NCBI RefSeq assembly: GCF_021378375.1
Contig: NZ_CP076228.1
Location: 930,001 to 962,000 of the forward strand
DNA: 32,000 nucleotides
Direction of reading: 5' to 3'
DNA from: Wolbachia endosymbiont of Drosophila innubila
GTDB lineage: Bacteria; Pseudomonadota; Alphaproteobacteria; Rickettsiales; Anaplasmataceae
This document shows positions 9,862-19,695 of the stretch, in pieces (position 1 is the stretch's first letter; each line of letters starts with the position of its first letter). The translations under genes and the position numbers were made by a program. Under the pieces are notes generated by a model that was given only the letters and a program-made list of their open reading frames with translations, searched no databases and was not told the DNA's origin.

Positions 9862-10313
9862 GTGACATTCTAAATAACGATTTGTGTAAACAATATGGCG
9901 TGAAAGCAATTACATTATTGCTACCTCAAAGTAAAGCAAGGGGGCTAAGTTGCCGGGTTGATGAACATGGAACAAGAATTTATGAAGTAGCTAATGGGTC
10001 ATATCAAATGACTTTAAAGTGGAATGCTCAAGGAAAAGAATGTAATATTAAAATTAATATTCATGATAATGGCTCCGTAGAACTTATTGAGGGTAATGGT
10101 GTTACTATGGAGCAATTAGCTGCACACAAAGAAGTAAAAGTAGGAAGGCAATATGAAGCAAAGCCTTTACATGAAGTGTTAGCATCACAATTGCCACAAA
10201 CACAATTACAACAAAGCTCTGAAGAAGTAAAATTTTTGGAGCAGCATTCAACAAATGTAGAAGACTTGAGCGGCGCATCACAAAAGCATCAAGCTCCTGC
10301 TGCTTCAAAATAG
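9858..10313 (+). CDS. hypothetical protein (151 aa, compact N-terminal domain plus Q/S-rich tail)
   Basis: The ATGA overlap with the preceding ORF indicates translational coupling. A strong terminator hairpin follows. I recognise no family. Confidence 0.6.
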   Translation: MSDILNNDLCKQYGVKAITLLLPQSKARGLSCRVDEHGTRIYEVANGSYQMTLKWNAQGKECNIKINIHDNGSVELIEGNGVTMEQLAAHKEVKVGRQYEAKPLHEVLASQLPQTQLQQSSEEVKFLEQHSTNVEDLSGASQKHQAPAASK

Positions 10314-10331
10314 GTAAAGTAGTGAAAATTC

Positions 10332-10370
10332 AGTATAAGTTGCTTGCATCTGCAAGTAACTTATACTTTT
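10332..10370 (+). terminator. intrinsic terminator-like hairpin after the orphan pair
   Basis: AGTATAAGTTGCTTGCA (10332..10348) pairs with TGCAAGTAACTTATACT (10351..10367). That gives 16-17 bp with one G-U pair, followed by a T run to 10370. It abuts the ATG of the next gene. Confidence 0.6.
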
Positions 10371-10913
10371 ATGATGAGCAACACAATACTACCAAGAAAT
10401 TTCTACGAGCGGCCAACTTTGGTTGTAGCCGGGGAGTTACTAGGAAAGATGCTGAAATTTTCTAACTTTAGTGGAATAATAACCGAAGTTGAAGCCTATA
10501 TAGGAATGAGTGACCCAGCTTGTCATGCAGCTAAGGGTTATACTAACCGAACCTCAGTAATGTTTGGTATGCCGGGGTTTTCATATGTGTACTTTATATA
10601 TGGAATGTATTACTGTTTAAATATTGTAACAGAAGCAGAAGGGTTCCCAGCAGCAGTGTTAATACGGGGATTAAAGCTCATTGAACCGCTTGAGGCAAAT
10701 TTAGGTGGGCCAGGAATATTGTGTAAAAGATTAAATATTACAAAAGAACATAACAAACAGGACCTTACTATAAGCCACGAATTTTGTGTTTATGAATCTC
10801 ACCTCAAACCAGATTATGTGTGCACTCCGAGAATCGGAATTAGTAAAGGCCAAGAGAAATTTTGGCGGTTTAAAAACTTAAGATCTTGCGTAGACTATTT
10901 GCCAATTGGATAA
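10371..10913 (+). CDS. mpg: DNA-3-methyladenine glycosylase (Mpg/AAG family)
   Basis: The N-terminus [20 protein letters not shown] and the blocks EVEAYIG..DPACHA and [18 protein letters not shown] are typical of the family. I use ATG 10371 because the TTG at 10344 lies inside the terminator hairpin. Confidence 0.85.
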   Translation: MMSNTILPRNFYERPTLVVAGELLGKMLKFSNFSGIITEVEAYIGMSDPACHAAKGYTNRTSVMFGMPGFSYVYFIYGMYYCLNIVTEAEGFPAAVLIRGLKLIEPLEANLGGPGILCKRLNITKEHNKQDLTISHEFCVYESHLKPDYVCTPRIGISKGQEKFWRFKNLRSCVDYLPIG

Positions 10914-12280
10914 TCACCAGTGAAACAAGCATCACAATATTGTGGTGTAGCATTGTTACGCACTTCTCCTTTAACCGCCTGATATAATCCATCAATACTC
11001 AAGAAGGCTAGGCTATCTACTCCTATAACTTCCTTAATTTCCTCTACAGATTTATTTGCAGCAATTAAATCTTTGCACTCTGGCGTATCTATTCCATAAA
11101 AACAAGAATGCTTAATTGGTGGGCTTGAAATTTTGAGGTGAATCTCTTTTACTCCTGCATCCTTTAGCATAACTATTATATTTGTTAACGTACTACCACG
11201 CACTATACTATCATCTATTAAAATTATGTTTTTACCTTTCAAAGTGTGCTTATTAGCATTGAATTTTAATTTTATTCTAACTTTACGTACTTCAGCGGTT
11301 GGTTGTATAAAAGTTCTTCCTATGTAATGATTACGAATTATTCCCAGTTCCATAGGTAATCCTGAATGCTTTGCATATCCAATAGCTGCAGGTATTCCAG
11401 AATCAGGTATTGGTACAACCATATCTACATTGTTTTTTGGTGGGCTCTCTTCTGCAAGTATTCTTCCTATTTCTTTTCTTGTATCGTATATAGACCTATT
11501 CTCCATTATGCTGTCTGGTCTTGAAAAATAAACGTATTCAAAAATACAAAAACTTGATTTTTGCTGTGGGAAAGGAAACATTGAGGCTAGCTTACTACCC
11601 GAACTGATGGTAACTAATTCGCCTGGTTCTATTTCTCTAACAAACTCTGCATTTATTATATCAAGAGCACAAGTTTCAGATGCAAGAACGTAAGAACCGT
11701 TTAACTTTCCTAAAACAAGAGGCCTGATTCCAGATGAATCACGTACTCCAATAACTACTTCTTGATTGATTGCAACAAAAGAATAAGCACCTTGTATTTG
11801 CTTTAATGCATATATAAAACTCTCTAAAAAGCTATCTTTTTCACCGCTTGCTGTCAGATGCACTACTACTTCTGTATCAATATCTGACTGAAAAACGCAC
11901 TCTTGTTTAATCAATTGTTCGCGTATCGGAGAAATATTAATTAAATTACCATTATGTGCTATGGCGAAATCCCCAAATTTGCCACTTTTGCTAAACATGG
12001 GCTGCACTCCAAACTTATTACCACTTGTTGAGTATCGAACATGACCTATTGCACAATCTCCAGGTAAGGATTTCTTTATTTCATCTATATCATCAAATAC
12101 GCTGCTCACTTGACCTTGAAAGTGATAAGAGTGCAGCTTATCGTTGTTACTGGTTACTACGCCAAAAGACTCTTGACCTCTATGCTGCAAAGCGTGGAGA
12201 GCAAGTATAGAGTTAAAAGCAGCACTTTGGTTGCAACTTATGCCAAATACCCCACATTCCTCACGCATTTCATCTAGCAT
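10895..12280 (-). CDS. purF: amidophosphoribosyltransferase
   Basis: 461 aa with an N-terminal nucleophile context (CGVFGI), a PRTase motif ([13 protein letters not shown]) and C-terminal cysteines ([10 protein letters not shown]). Confidence 0.95.
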   Translation of the reverse strand: MLDEMREECGVFGISCNQSAAFNSILALHALQHRGQESFGVVTSNNDKLHSYHFQGQVSSVFDDIDEIKKSLPGDCAIGHVRYSTSGNKFGVQPMFSKSGKFGDFAIAHNGNLINISPIREQLIKQECVFQSDIDTEVVVHLTASGEKDSFLESFIYALKQIQGAYSFVAINQEVVIGVRDSSGIRPLVLGKLNGSYVLASETCALDIINAEFVREIEPGELVTISSGSKLASMFPFPQQKSSFCIFEYVYFSRPDSIMENRSIYDTRKEIGRILAEESPPKNNVDMVVPIPDSGIPAAIGYAKHSGLPMELGIIRNHYIGRTFIQPTAEVRKVRIKLKFNANKHTLKGKNIILIDDSIVRGSTLTNIIVMLKDAGVKEIHLKISSPPIKHSCFYGIDTPECKDLIAANKSVEEIKEVIGVDSLAFLSIDGLYQAVKGEVRNNATPQYCDACFTGDYPIGK

Positions 12281-12305
12281 AAAAACTATTAAGTAAAATT
12301 TAATT

Positions 12306-13409
12306 TTACTTTAGCATAGGTAAAATACAAGCATTTTGTTGTTCATCTGCTTTTATTGCCAGCAATAATCCTATGCATATTAAGCTTGCAGCAGTTGTAC
12401 TTCCTCCATAGGACAGAAATGGCAATGGGTCGCCTATCACAGGTAAGAGGCCCATTGTCATTCCGATGTTTATAAAGAAATGAGCACTAAAAAAGGCGAA
12501 AATGCCGATAGATATCGACTTAGAAAAATAATTTTTCGACCTATAAGCGATAGAGAAAATTATGCCAAGTAATGAGGTATAAAGCAAAATTAAAGCCATG
12601 CTACCTAAAAATCCCCATTCCTCACTCAGCACTGCAAAAGCAAAATCTGTACGTTTCTCCGGCAAAAATCCAAGTTGAGTTTGACTTCCGTTAACAAAGC
12701 CCTTACCAAGCAAACCTCCTGAACCAATAGCTATCTGAGATTGCTGCGCATTATAACCTATTCCAAGTGGATCCACTGATGAATCCAAAAACGACAATAT
12801 CCTTTGCTTGTGATAAGGACGTAAAAAAGGCCAAATAGCCGGTACTGCAAAAATGCCAAGCGTTCCACATATTACCGAATGAGATCTTTTTATTATTGCT
12901 GTGAATATAATTGATATCCCTATAAATAACATTATCACAGCTGTGCCTAAATTAGGTTGCTTTAACACCAAGAACACGGGTAAGAAAATAATTATAAGTG
13001 CCTTAAGCAATCTTTTAAATTCCATCATTTTATATACACTCTGCTTATCAAAATAGCGAGCAAGCGCAAGTATTAAGCCTACTTTTGCAAATTCTGATGG
13101 TTGCAAACTAATTGATCCAATTCTTATCCACCTTGTTGCACCCATTATGTGTGAGCCAAAAAAATTCACTACTAATAGCGAAATCACTGCTGCTACATAA
13201 AAAAAGTAGGCGTGCTTCAAATAAAAATCTAGCTCTATGAATGACATAGCTATAGCAAGTAGGAAAAAGAAGGAGAATATGACCAATTGGTGAATCGCAA
13301 ATGGCACCCACTTTCCTCCAGCAGAAGAGTATTGAACAACAATGCCAACGCAAAACAGCGCTATCACGTTAATGACTAACAACCAATGAATCTTCTTCAG
13401 TCTATCCAC
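12306..13409 (-). CDS. rodA: SEDS-family peptidoglycan glycosyltransferase, RodA-like
   Basis: 367 aa polytopic protein. PSEFAKV, DPLGIGYNAQQSQIAIGSGGLLGKG and FLPEKRTDFAFAVLSEEWGF match RodA more closely than FtsW. Confidence 0.78.
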   Translation of the reverse strand: MDRLKKIHWLLVINVIALFCVGIVVQYSSAGGKWVPFAIHQLVIFSFFFLLAIAMSFIELDFYLKHAYFFYVAAVISLLVVNFFGSHIMGATRWIRIGSISLQPSEFAKVGLILALARYFDKQSVYKMMEFKRLLKALIIIFLPVFLVLKQPNLGTAVIMLFIGISIIFTAIIKRSHSVICGTLGIFAVPAIWPFLRPYHKQRILSFLDSSVDPLGIGYNAQQSQIAIGSGGLLGKGFVNGSQTQLGFLPEKRTDFAFAVLSEEWGFLGSMALILLYTSLLGIIFSIAYRSKNYFSKSISIGIFAFFSAHFFINIGMTMGLLPVIGDPLPFLSYGGSTTAASLICIGLLLAIKADEQQNACILPMLK

Positions 13410-13462
13410 AATAAAGACCTTATAACCTTAAAGTATAGTAAAATATGAAACAAAGATAAAAA

Positions 13463-14929
13463 TCAAAAAACCAACTTCTCAACTACTAACCGAATTGGAG
13501 TGCTATATATTCCAGTTACTACTGTTAAAACTGCCATAAACAATAGACAGAAAAGCATAGGAAATGGCACATCATTAATTTTGTCCGGTGTCATTCCAGT
13601 GCGTGACGTTGCATCATTTTCAAAATACATTTTCTCTACCATCTTCCACATATATATCAATGCAAGGAAAGAGCCAGCAGCAAATGTTACAAGGGAAATC
13701 CACGCATGAGATTCGATAATTGCTTTCATTATATACCACTTGCTTACAAAGCCATTTGTTAAAGGCACACCGATTAATGCTAAACTGAGTAGAGTGAACG
13801 CAAGTGCTGTATAAGGCATTGATTTCTTGAGTCCCGATAAATTCTCTATTTTTGTTGTATCAAATTTGTAAGAAATACATCCTGCAGCCATAAATAAAGA
13901 TGTTTTTATTATGCTGTGGTTTACTATGTGAAGAATTGCTGCAAATACACCTGTTTTTGAGTTAAAACTCAGTGCTAAAATTATATAACCAATTTGGCTA
14001 ATACTAGAGTGAGCAAGCAGTCTTTTTATGTCTTTTGCGGTTATTGCAAATATCGACCCAAATATAACAGCGCAAAGTGCGAGGATAATTATCACGTTGC
14101 TTAGTGATGGTTTAAATAAGAAGAAATTTTGATGAAAAACAGTATAAAAGATTCTGATGAAAACATATATCATCACTTTTGTCACTGTGCCTGAAAAGAA
14201 TATGCTAATGAAACTTGGCGCCTCACTATATGCATTAACCAGCCACCTGCTTAATGGAAACAGTGCCATTTTGATTGAGAGACCAATAAAAATGAACAAC
14301 GTGCCAAGTTTTATGATGTTGTTATCGTGTAATGGAACTATTCTTTCAGCCATGTCAGACATATTGAGCGTTCCAGTCATTGAATACAAGAGCCCGATGC
14401 CAAATAAATAAAATGTTGCGCCTATTGTTCCACTAATTAGATATTCAAATGCTGCAACCAAAGCTTTTTTATCCCTTCCCATTGAAACTAATACATAAGA
14501 AGAAAGAGATGAAATTTCCAAGAAAACGTAAAGGTTAAATATGTCGTTTGTTACTAGAATCCCGAGCAGTCCGCTTAAGCACAGTAGAAATAGAGAGTAA
14601 AAACCAGTGATTTTGTTTTTGCTAATTTCTTTTTCGTTAATATAAAAGCTATAAAGCACGCTAATCAGCGCTATAAAATTCACCAAAGTTAGAATCAAGG
14701 AGTTTAACACGTCGATTCTTAACTCTATTCCATACGGAGGAGCCCAATTTCCAAGGTGATAAGTTATAATTTCACCTTTATATGTTTTAATGAGTAGTAT
14801 TGATGAAATGATAAGAGTGATTGTTGTTGCAATAAAAGAAATAAACCAAGATACCTTGTGTTTCTTGGCAAGAAAGCAAAACATTGATGCAATTATTGGT
14901 ATAATAACTTGTAAGATTGGTAATTGCAT
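13463..14929 (-). CDS. proton-conducting membrane transporter, MrpD/MnhD or NuoN-like antiporter subunit
   Basis: 488 aa with about 14 hydrophobic segments and the complex I subunit L/M/N antiporter-type pattern. It is not adjacent to other nuo or mrp genes in this window. Confidence 0.78.
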   Translation of the reverse strand: MQLPILQVIIPIIASMFCFLAKKHKVSWFISFIATTITLIISSILLIKTYKGEIITYHLGNWAPPYGIELRIDVLNSLILTLVNFIALISVLYSFYINEKEISKNKITGFYSLFLLCLSGLLGILVTNDIFNLYVFLEISSLSSYVLVSMGRDKKALVAAFEYLISGTIGATFYLFGIGLLYSMTGTLNMSDMAERIVPLHDNNIIKLGTLFIFIGLSIKMALFPLSRWLVNAYSEAPSFISIFFSGTVTKVMIYVFIRIFYTVFHQNFFLFKPSLSNVIIILALCAVIFGSIFAITAKDIKRLLAHSSISQIGYIILALSFNSKTGVFAAILHIVNHSIIKTSLFMAAGCISYKFDTTKIENLSGLKKSMPYTALAFTLLSLALIGVPLTNGFVSKWYIMKAIIESHAWISLVTFAAGSFLALIYMWKMVEKMYFENDATSRTGMTPDKINDVPFPMLFCLLFMAVLTVVTGIYSTPIRLVVEKLVF

Positions 14930-14993
14930 TAAATTGTTGTTAATATATCGTTAAAGTATTAGTATATATAATACTTTTTGTTTTAATACCCTT

Positions 14994-15308
14994 ATGTTAT
15001 CTAAAATTTGTAACGCAATAAAACGCCTATTACGAAGAGAAGATAAATTTGTAGGAAGAGATGAAAATGGAAATTCTTACTATGAATCAAGTAAAGGAAA
15101 AAGGTGGGTTATGTATAGCAGTGTCTCTGAGCCTACAACAGTGCCTCCGGAATGGCATATATGGCTTCACTATACTGATAATGTAGTACCAGTTAATAAT
15201 AAAAAAAGAAAAGTAAAACATACTCCTAATTTAACGGGTACAAAAGATGCATACTATCCAAACCAAAAAGTGAAAAATTACTATAAAAGCTGGAGTCCTG
15301 ATAACTAA
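14994..15308 (+). CDS. NADH:ubiquinone oxidoreductase subunit NDUFA12 (B17.2) family protein
   Basis: 104 aa with GRDENGNSYYES...KRWVMY...VPPEWHIWLHYTD, the hallmark of the NDUFA12 family in alphaproteobacteria. Confidence 0.85.
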   Translation: MLSKICNAIKRLLRREDKFVGRDENGNSYYESSKGKRWVMYSSVSEPTTVPPEWHIWLHYTDNVVPVNNKKRKVKHTPNLTGTKDAYYPNQKVKNYYKSWSPDN

Positions 15309-15310
15309 AG

Positions 15311-15766
15311 ATGCGAAGGTCAAATATACTTGAAATAACCGCTGGATTATTTGTATTAATTTTCACTATTTTTCTGATTTTCTTTGCTATTGATAAGCTA
15401 TCTTACATAAAGAAAAACTATAAGGATTGCAATAAAATATATGGTCTTTTTGCTAACGCTAACGATATAGGAGTTGGTGATAGTGTCAAGATCTCTGGTG
15501 TAGATGTTGGAAGCATAACTGGTGTATCACTTGACAAAGCTACCTACGTAGCACGAATCGATATGTGTATAAGCAAAGACATAAAATTGCCAATTGATAG
15601 TTCAGCTCTGATCACTAGCAGTGGAGTTGTTGGCAGTAAATTTGTTAATATATCACCTGGATCAGATATTAAACTAATCTTGCATGGTGGTAAAATAGAG
15701 TATACTCAAGCTGAAGCAAATATGGGTGGAATAATGGATAGAATTCTTGGTATGTTTACAAAGTGA
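15311..15766 (+). CDS. mlaD: MlaD/MCE-domain lipid transport protein
   Basis: 151 aa with an N-terminal TM anchor, then the MCE block GVGDSVKISGVDVGSITGVSLD...YVARIDMCI. Confidence 0.8.
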   Translation: MRRSNILEITAGLFVLIFTIFLIFFAIDKLSYIKKNYKDCNKIYGLFANANDIGVGDSVKISGVDVGSITGVSLDKATYVARIDMCISKDIKLPIDSSALITSSGVVGSKFVNISPGSDIKLILHGGKIEYTQAEANMGGIMDRILGMFTK

Positions 15767-15951
15767 AAATGGCAGGATTCCAAGTATATCCGTTCAGGTA
15801 AAGCCTCCTGTAGTTCTAAAGTATTTAAGGAGTTTGCCTTATTTCTTGCCTTTTCTACCGCTTGCTTTGGGGTTTATAGTATAGAAAGTGCCTTAATAGT
15901 TGCAGTGCATGTCTATCAATGATAAAATGAAAATTAATTTATTTTGATATT

Positions 15952-16734
15952 ATGATTGGTTTACTGTTTGCCGTACTGTTGTTCCTCTGTGGTAGTGATG
16001 CACTTGCAAAACAGGAGCCACGTTCAATAGCTGGAGATAATCACATAAAGGTGATAAATTATAACCCACAAGCTATACATAAGTATACGGGTTTTTATGG
16101 TTATCAGTCCAGTATATTGTTTGAACCAGGGGAGGTAATACAAAACCTTTCAATGGGTGATTCAACTGGTTGGCAACTCCTTCCTCAAGGTAATAGATTG
16201 TTTATTAAGCCTATAGATGATATTGCCGATACTAATGCAACTATAATTACCAATAAAAGAGTTTATTACTTTGAACTTCATGCTGAAGAAGCAACTGGAC
16301 TAGATGATCCAAGATTAGCATATGAAGTAAGGTTTCTTTATCCACTATTTAGCAGTGATGAGATTTACACAACAAATAACGGTGATATCTTCGAACAAGC
16401 TAGTCATACCATTATTCCTGATATCAATGATATTGAAGTTGTAAAGAAGGGATTAAATTTTAATTATTCCATCTCGCACGTCAAAGGTAGTCAGTCAATA
16501 ATACCAATTAAGGTTTTTGATGACGGAAAATTTACATATCTACAATTCAATAAAATAAACTCTGATTTTCCGGCAGTTTTTATGGTTGATTCTGCAGGAT
16601 ATGAGTCTTTAGTAAATTTCCGTACAGTTGATAACTACCTGATAATCGAAAGGGTAAGTTCAGTGTTTACCTTAAGGAATGGATCGAGTACAGTTTGCCT
16701 ATTTAATGAAACCATACCTTTCAAAAAAGGGTAA
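15952..16734 (+). CDS. virB9: type IV secretion system protein VirB9 (stand-alone paralogue)
   Basis: 260 aa with a signal peptide (MIGLLFAVLLFLCGSDALA). VirB9/TrbG blocks are present: YGYQSSILFEPGEVIQNLSMGDSTGWQLLPQGNRLFIKP and TNKRVYYFELHA. No other vir genes lie nearby. Confidence 0.85.
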   Translation: MIGLLFAVLLFLCGSDALAKQEPRSIAGDNHIKVINYNPQAIHKYTGFYGYQSSILFEPGEVIQNLSMGDSTGWQLLPQGNRLFIKPIDDIADTNATIITNKRVYYFELHAEEATGLDDPRLAYEVRFLYPLFSSDEIYTTNNGDIFEQASHTIIPDINDIEVVKKGLNFNYSISHVKGSQSIIPIKVFDDGKFTYLQFNKINSDFPAVFMVDSAGYESLVNFRTVDNYLIIERVSSVFTLRNGSSTVCLFNETIPFKKG

Positions 16735-16737
16735 AGG

Positions 16738-17334
16738 CTATAATGCCCGAGATATGGGTGCAAAATTTTTTCTATGATGTTCTGTAATTCCATAAAGGCC
16801 AATAGCGTTAAGGTGCTCTTTTGTCCCATACCCTTTATTTTTATACCAATTATATTCAGGATGCTTATTATGCAATTCTTGCATAAGCCGATCTCTCGTA
16901 ACTTTTGCAACGATTGAAGCTGCTGCAATTGATGTACTCAAATTATCACCATTTACTATGGATTTCACTTGCCATTTCACTTCAGGTGGTTGATTACCAT
17001 CAACTAGTACATAATCTAATTCTAGGTCCAAGTCTATCAACGCACGTTTCATTGAAAGCTTTGTTGCTTGCAAGATATTGTATGAATTTATTTCTTCTAC
17101 GCTTGCCATTCCTATACCAAATTTTGCAACGGATGTTATTTTTTCATATAGGACTTGCCTACATTGAGGAGTCAACTTTTTCGAGTCGTTGATTCCATCA
17201 ATAATTGTATTTCTATCAATAAACACTACGGCTGCGGATATTACTGGACCAGCTAGCGGACCTCTTCCAACTTCATCCACTCCTGCTATCACTCCTGATA
17301 ATTTATTTTCTAATGTAAAGTCTGGGTATTTCAT
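16738..17334 (-). CDS. rnhB: ribonuclease HII
   Basis: 198 aa with AGVDEVGRGPLAGPV, DSKKLT and SIAAASIVAKVTRD motifs. Confidence 0.93.
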   Translation of the reverse strand: MKYPDFTLENKLSGVIAGVDEVGRGPLAGPVISAAVVFIDRNTIIDGINDSKKLTPQCRQVLYEKITSVAKFGIGMASVEEINSYNILQATKLSMKRALIDLDLELDYVLVDGNQPPEVKWQVKSIVNGDNLSTSIAAASIVAKVTRDRLMQELHNKHPEYNWYKNKGYGTKEHLNAIGLYGITEHHRKNFAPISRAL

Positions 17335-17340
17335 AGGTTT

Positions 17341-18321
17341 TTATAATAAGAAAGTTATAGTAAAAACTGAACAGATAATAGAAATTATCCAAAATTTCAT
17401 AACGATTACATTTTCTGACCATCTCTTCTTCTCAAAGTGATGATGTATTGGTGCCATAAGAAAAACTCTTTTTCCTTCTCCATATTTAAACTTTGTATAT
17501 TTAAAATATGATATCTGAATAATAACAGATAGAGTCTCTATTACAAAGATTATTCCAATAATGGCAAAAAGCATTTCTCTTTTAATTAGGACACTAGTTA
17601 ACCCTAAAGCCGCACCTACCGACAAGCTACCAACATCACCCATAAATATTTTTGCTGGATGTGTGTTAAACCACAAGAAACTTAGAATAGCTCCTATAAA
17701 TGCAATGCAGAATAAAGTAATATTCATATCTGCCTGAGTTATATATGCAATTAGCCCCAAAAAAGCAAAGGAAGTGATAACTTGAGTTGCAGCAAGGCCA
17801 TCCAAACCATCTGTGAGATTCACAGCATTAGAAGAGCCGACAATTACAAACGCAGCAAACGGAACATATAGATAGCCAAAATCTATTATTACTCCTTTAA
17901 ATAGGGACGTTTTTGTAAAACATTCAGCAGAGTATAGCTTAAGTATAAACACACCAACCAGAGCAACAATAAACTGAATAAGTATTTTGGTTTTTGCACT
18001 TAAACCTCGATAGTGATTTGTCTTCAATTTTAAATAATCATCAATAAATCCAAGTAGAGCAAAAAATAGAGTTATCAATATCAGCAGCAAAATTTCTGGT
18101 GTTAACTGAGCCCAGAGTAAAATTGGTAATAAAGAAGAAATCAGTATTATTATTCCGCCCATAGGTGGTACATTCTTTTTTGTTATTAAATGACTTTCTG
18201 GTCCACATGATCTAATTGGTTGCCCATCTTTGCTTATTTTTTTTAGAAGCTTTATAAAATAGGGAAAAAGAATAAATCCAAAAACAAATGAGGTAAAAAA
18301 TACTTTTGTAGCTAAGATCAT
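17341..18321 (-). CDS. mraY: phospho-N-acetylmuramoyl-pentapeptide-transferase
   Basis: 326 aa polytopic protein with NAVNLTDGLDGLA, MGDVGSLSVGAALG and APIHHHFE motifs. Confidence 0.95.
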   Translation of the reverse strand: MILATKVFFTSFVFGFILFPYFIKLLKKISKDGQPIRSCGPESHLITKKNVPPMGGIIILISSLLPILLWAQLTPEILLLILITLFFALLGFIDDYLKLKTNHYRGLSAKTKILIQFIVALVGVFILKLYSAECFTKTSLFKGVIIDFGYLYVPFAAFVIVGSSNAVNLTDGLDGLAATQVITSFAFLGLIAYITQADMNITLFCIAFIGAILSFLWFNTHPAKIFMGDVGSLSVGAALGLTSVLIKREMLFAIIGIIFVIETLSVIIQISYFKYTKFKYGEGKRVFLMAPIHHHFEKKRWSENVIVMKFWIISIICSVFTITFLL

Positions 18322-18377
18322 CTGCTTACTTAAATTGACTAAGTGTCATACCACCTATAGCTAATAAAGTCAACTTC

Positions 18378-18457
18378 TGTCATCCTATAGCCTGACCCAC
18401 AACTGTACGAACATTGTGATTTGGGCCCATCAGTAGGGTGTCATCCCAGTCTGGAAT
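18378..18457. repeat. interspersed hairpin repeat modules flanking IS copy 2
   Basis: It contains GTCATCC..., ACAACTGTACGAACATTGTGATTTGGG and GGTGTCATCCCAGTCTGGAAT directly abutting the IS terminus. Confidence 0.75.
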
Positions 18458-19505
18458 GGCTTTGTTGCATCGCTCAAGTGAAAAGAACTGGCAGTTACTG
18501 ACAAAATTCATTATAAATAGCCATTTAACTGTTGAAGAAAAAATATGCCACAAAAAATGAGAGTCAGTAACTGCCATGAATATAACAAATTTCTCCAAGA
18601 AAGAGGAAGCATTTTTTGTTATATCAATGACGCCATAGAAAATTGGTACGAGAATTGTCCAAAAATGCAGGGCGGCAACTATATTTATAGTGATAAAGTT
18701 GTGATTTTGGTGCATATAATCGTCAGTTTCTTTAGAATTGGTTTAAGACAAACAGTCGGGTTTATAAAAGGGTATTTGCAACAAATAGGAAGAGATTTGC
18801 AGCTATTCACAAGCATCAAAAGAAACTTAATATTAAGATAAATGATTGCAGAAAATAATATGGAAGATATCGAAATTGCTATAGACAGTACAGGAATTAG
18901 TATATACAACAACACACAGCAAGGAAAATAGCACTGACAGAAAATATCGTGGCTATGAGCAAACGAGAAAATTGCACGTAATGTTGAATATAAACAACAA
19001 AAAAGCCATAGCTGTAAAATACAGTAACGGCTGATCACTATGGAGCTTGTGATTTGCTAAAAGAAGTTGATTTTCAGCATGCCATAAAAGCACTATATGC
19101 AGATAGGGCATATGACAGAGAAAAGCTCTATAAGCTGTGTAATCAATATGGTATAAAACGAAAATTCCTCCGAAAAACAACGCAGCAGAGCATCCAAAGT
19201 TAGACTATATGGCTGAGAGAAATTCTGCAGTCAAGCTCATAAAGTCATATGATGAAGATGGTATAAAGAAGTGGAAAAAGAGATGAGTTATGGAAAAAGA
19301 TCTTATATAGAAAGTTTTTTTTTCGCGACTGAAACAAACATTCGGGTTTAGTTTTAGGAATAAATCTGAGACAAATAGAGAGAAGGAACTACTTGTTAAA
19401 TGCTATTTGCTCAATAAGTTCACTGATATTGGTATGGCTAAATTTGAGATAGTTACATGAATTTACCATAAATCACCATCTCATAAAGCGTGATGCAACA
19501 AAGCC
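18458..19505 (+). pseudogene. IS5-family insertion sequence, copy 2 (heavily degraded transposase)
   Basis: Its termini are GGCTTTGTTGCATCGCT (18458..) and AGCGTGATGCAACAAAGCC (..19505). It is colinear with 6022..7094 but carries several deletions, an in-frame TAA at 18839..18841 and homopolymer-length changes. Only a 98-aa ORF survives. Confidence 0.82.
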
Positions 19506-19695
19506 ATCCCAGTGTCAGCTACTTGGATGACAAGAAAGGGAGCACTGGAATGACAGGAGAAGGGGGGCTACTACCGTCATAAAGGAACCAGTGTCAGTTA
19601 CTCGGATGATACCTTTTTCTACTTAATTTGGGTTATGCAAGAAGTCTATTCGCGGTATAGATTCCGCTAACACGTAGCGGGATGACGGTTGTCGG
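19506..19695. repeat. interspersed hairpin repeat modules
   Basis: ATCCCAGTGTCAGCTACTTGGATGAC is the reverse complement of 5996..6021. Further GTCAT/CCAGTG units follow, and a terminal ATTCGCGGTATAGATTCCGCTAACACGTAGCGGGATGACGGTTGTCGG module. Confidence 0.8.

Noticed and set aside
8674-14411. Short ORFs antisense to ruvB, the orphan pair, purF, rodA and the MrpD-like gene (8674..8859, 9372..9608, 9514..9909, 10105..10308, 12025..12210, 13108..13353, 13500..13709, 14157..14411)
   Set aside because: Each lies entirely inside a longer ORF with clear identity or better coding logic. None has an RBS or a recognisable domain.
14953-14977. Palindrome AAAGTATT-n9-AATACTTT in the divergent region between the MrpD-like gene and the NDUFA12-like gene as an operator
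   Set aside because: It has 8-bp A/T-only arms in a very AT-rich spacer, so chance occurrence is likely. No regulator gene lies nearby.
16635-17440. ORFs 16635..16928 (-), 16905..17192 (+) and 17189..17440 (+) overlapping virB9, rnhB and mraY
   Set aside because: They are out-of-frame or antisense to well-supported genes. They are chance frames.
18380-19180. Minus-strand ORFs 18380..18715, 18685..19038 and 18953..19180 inside the degraded IS copy
   Set aside because: They are antisense to the transposase remnant and are not present as open frames in the better-preserved copy at 6022..7094.
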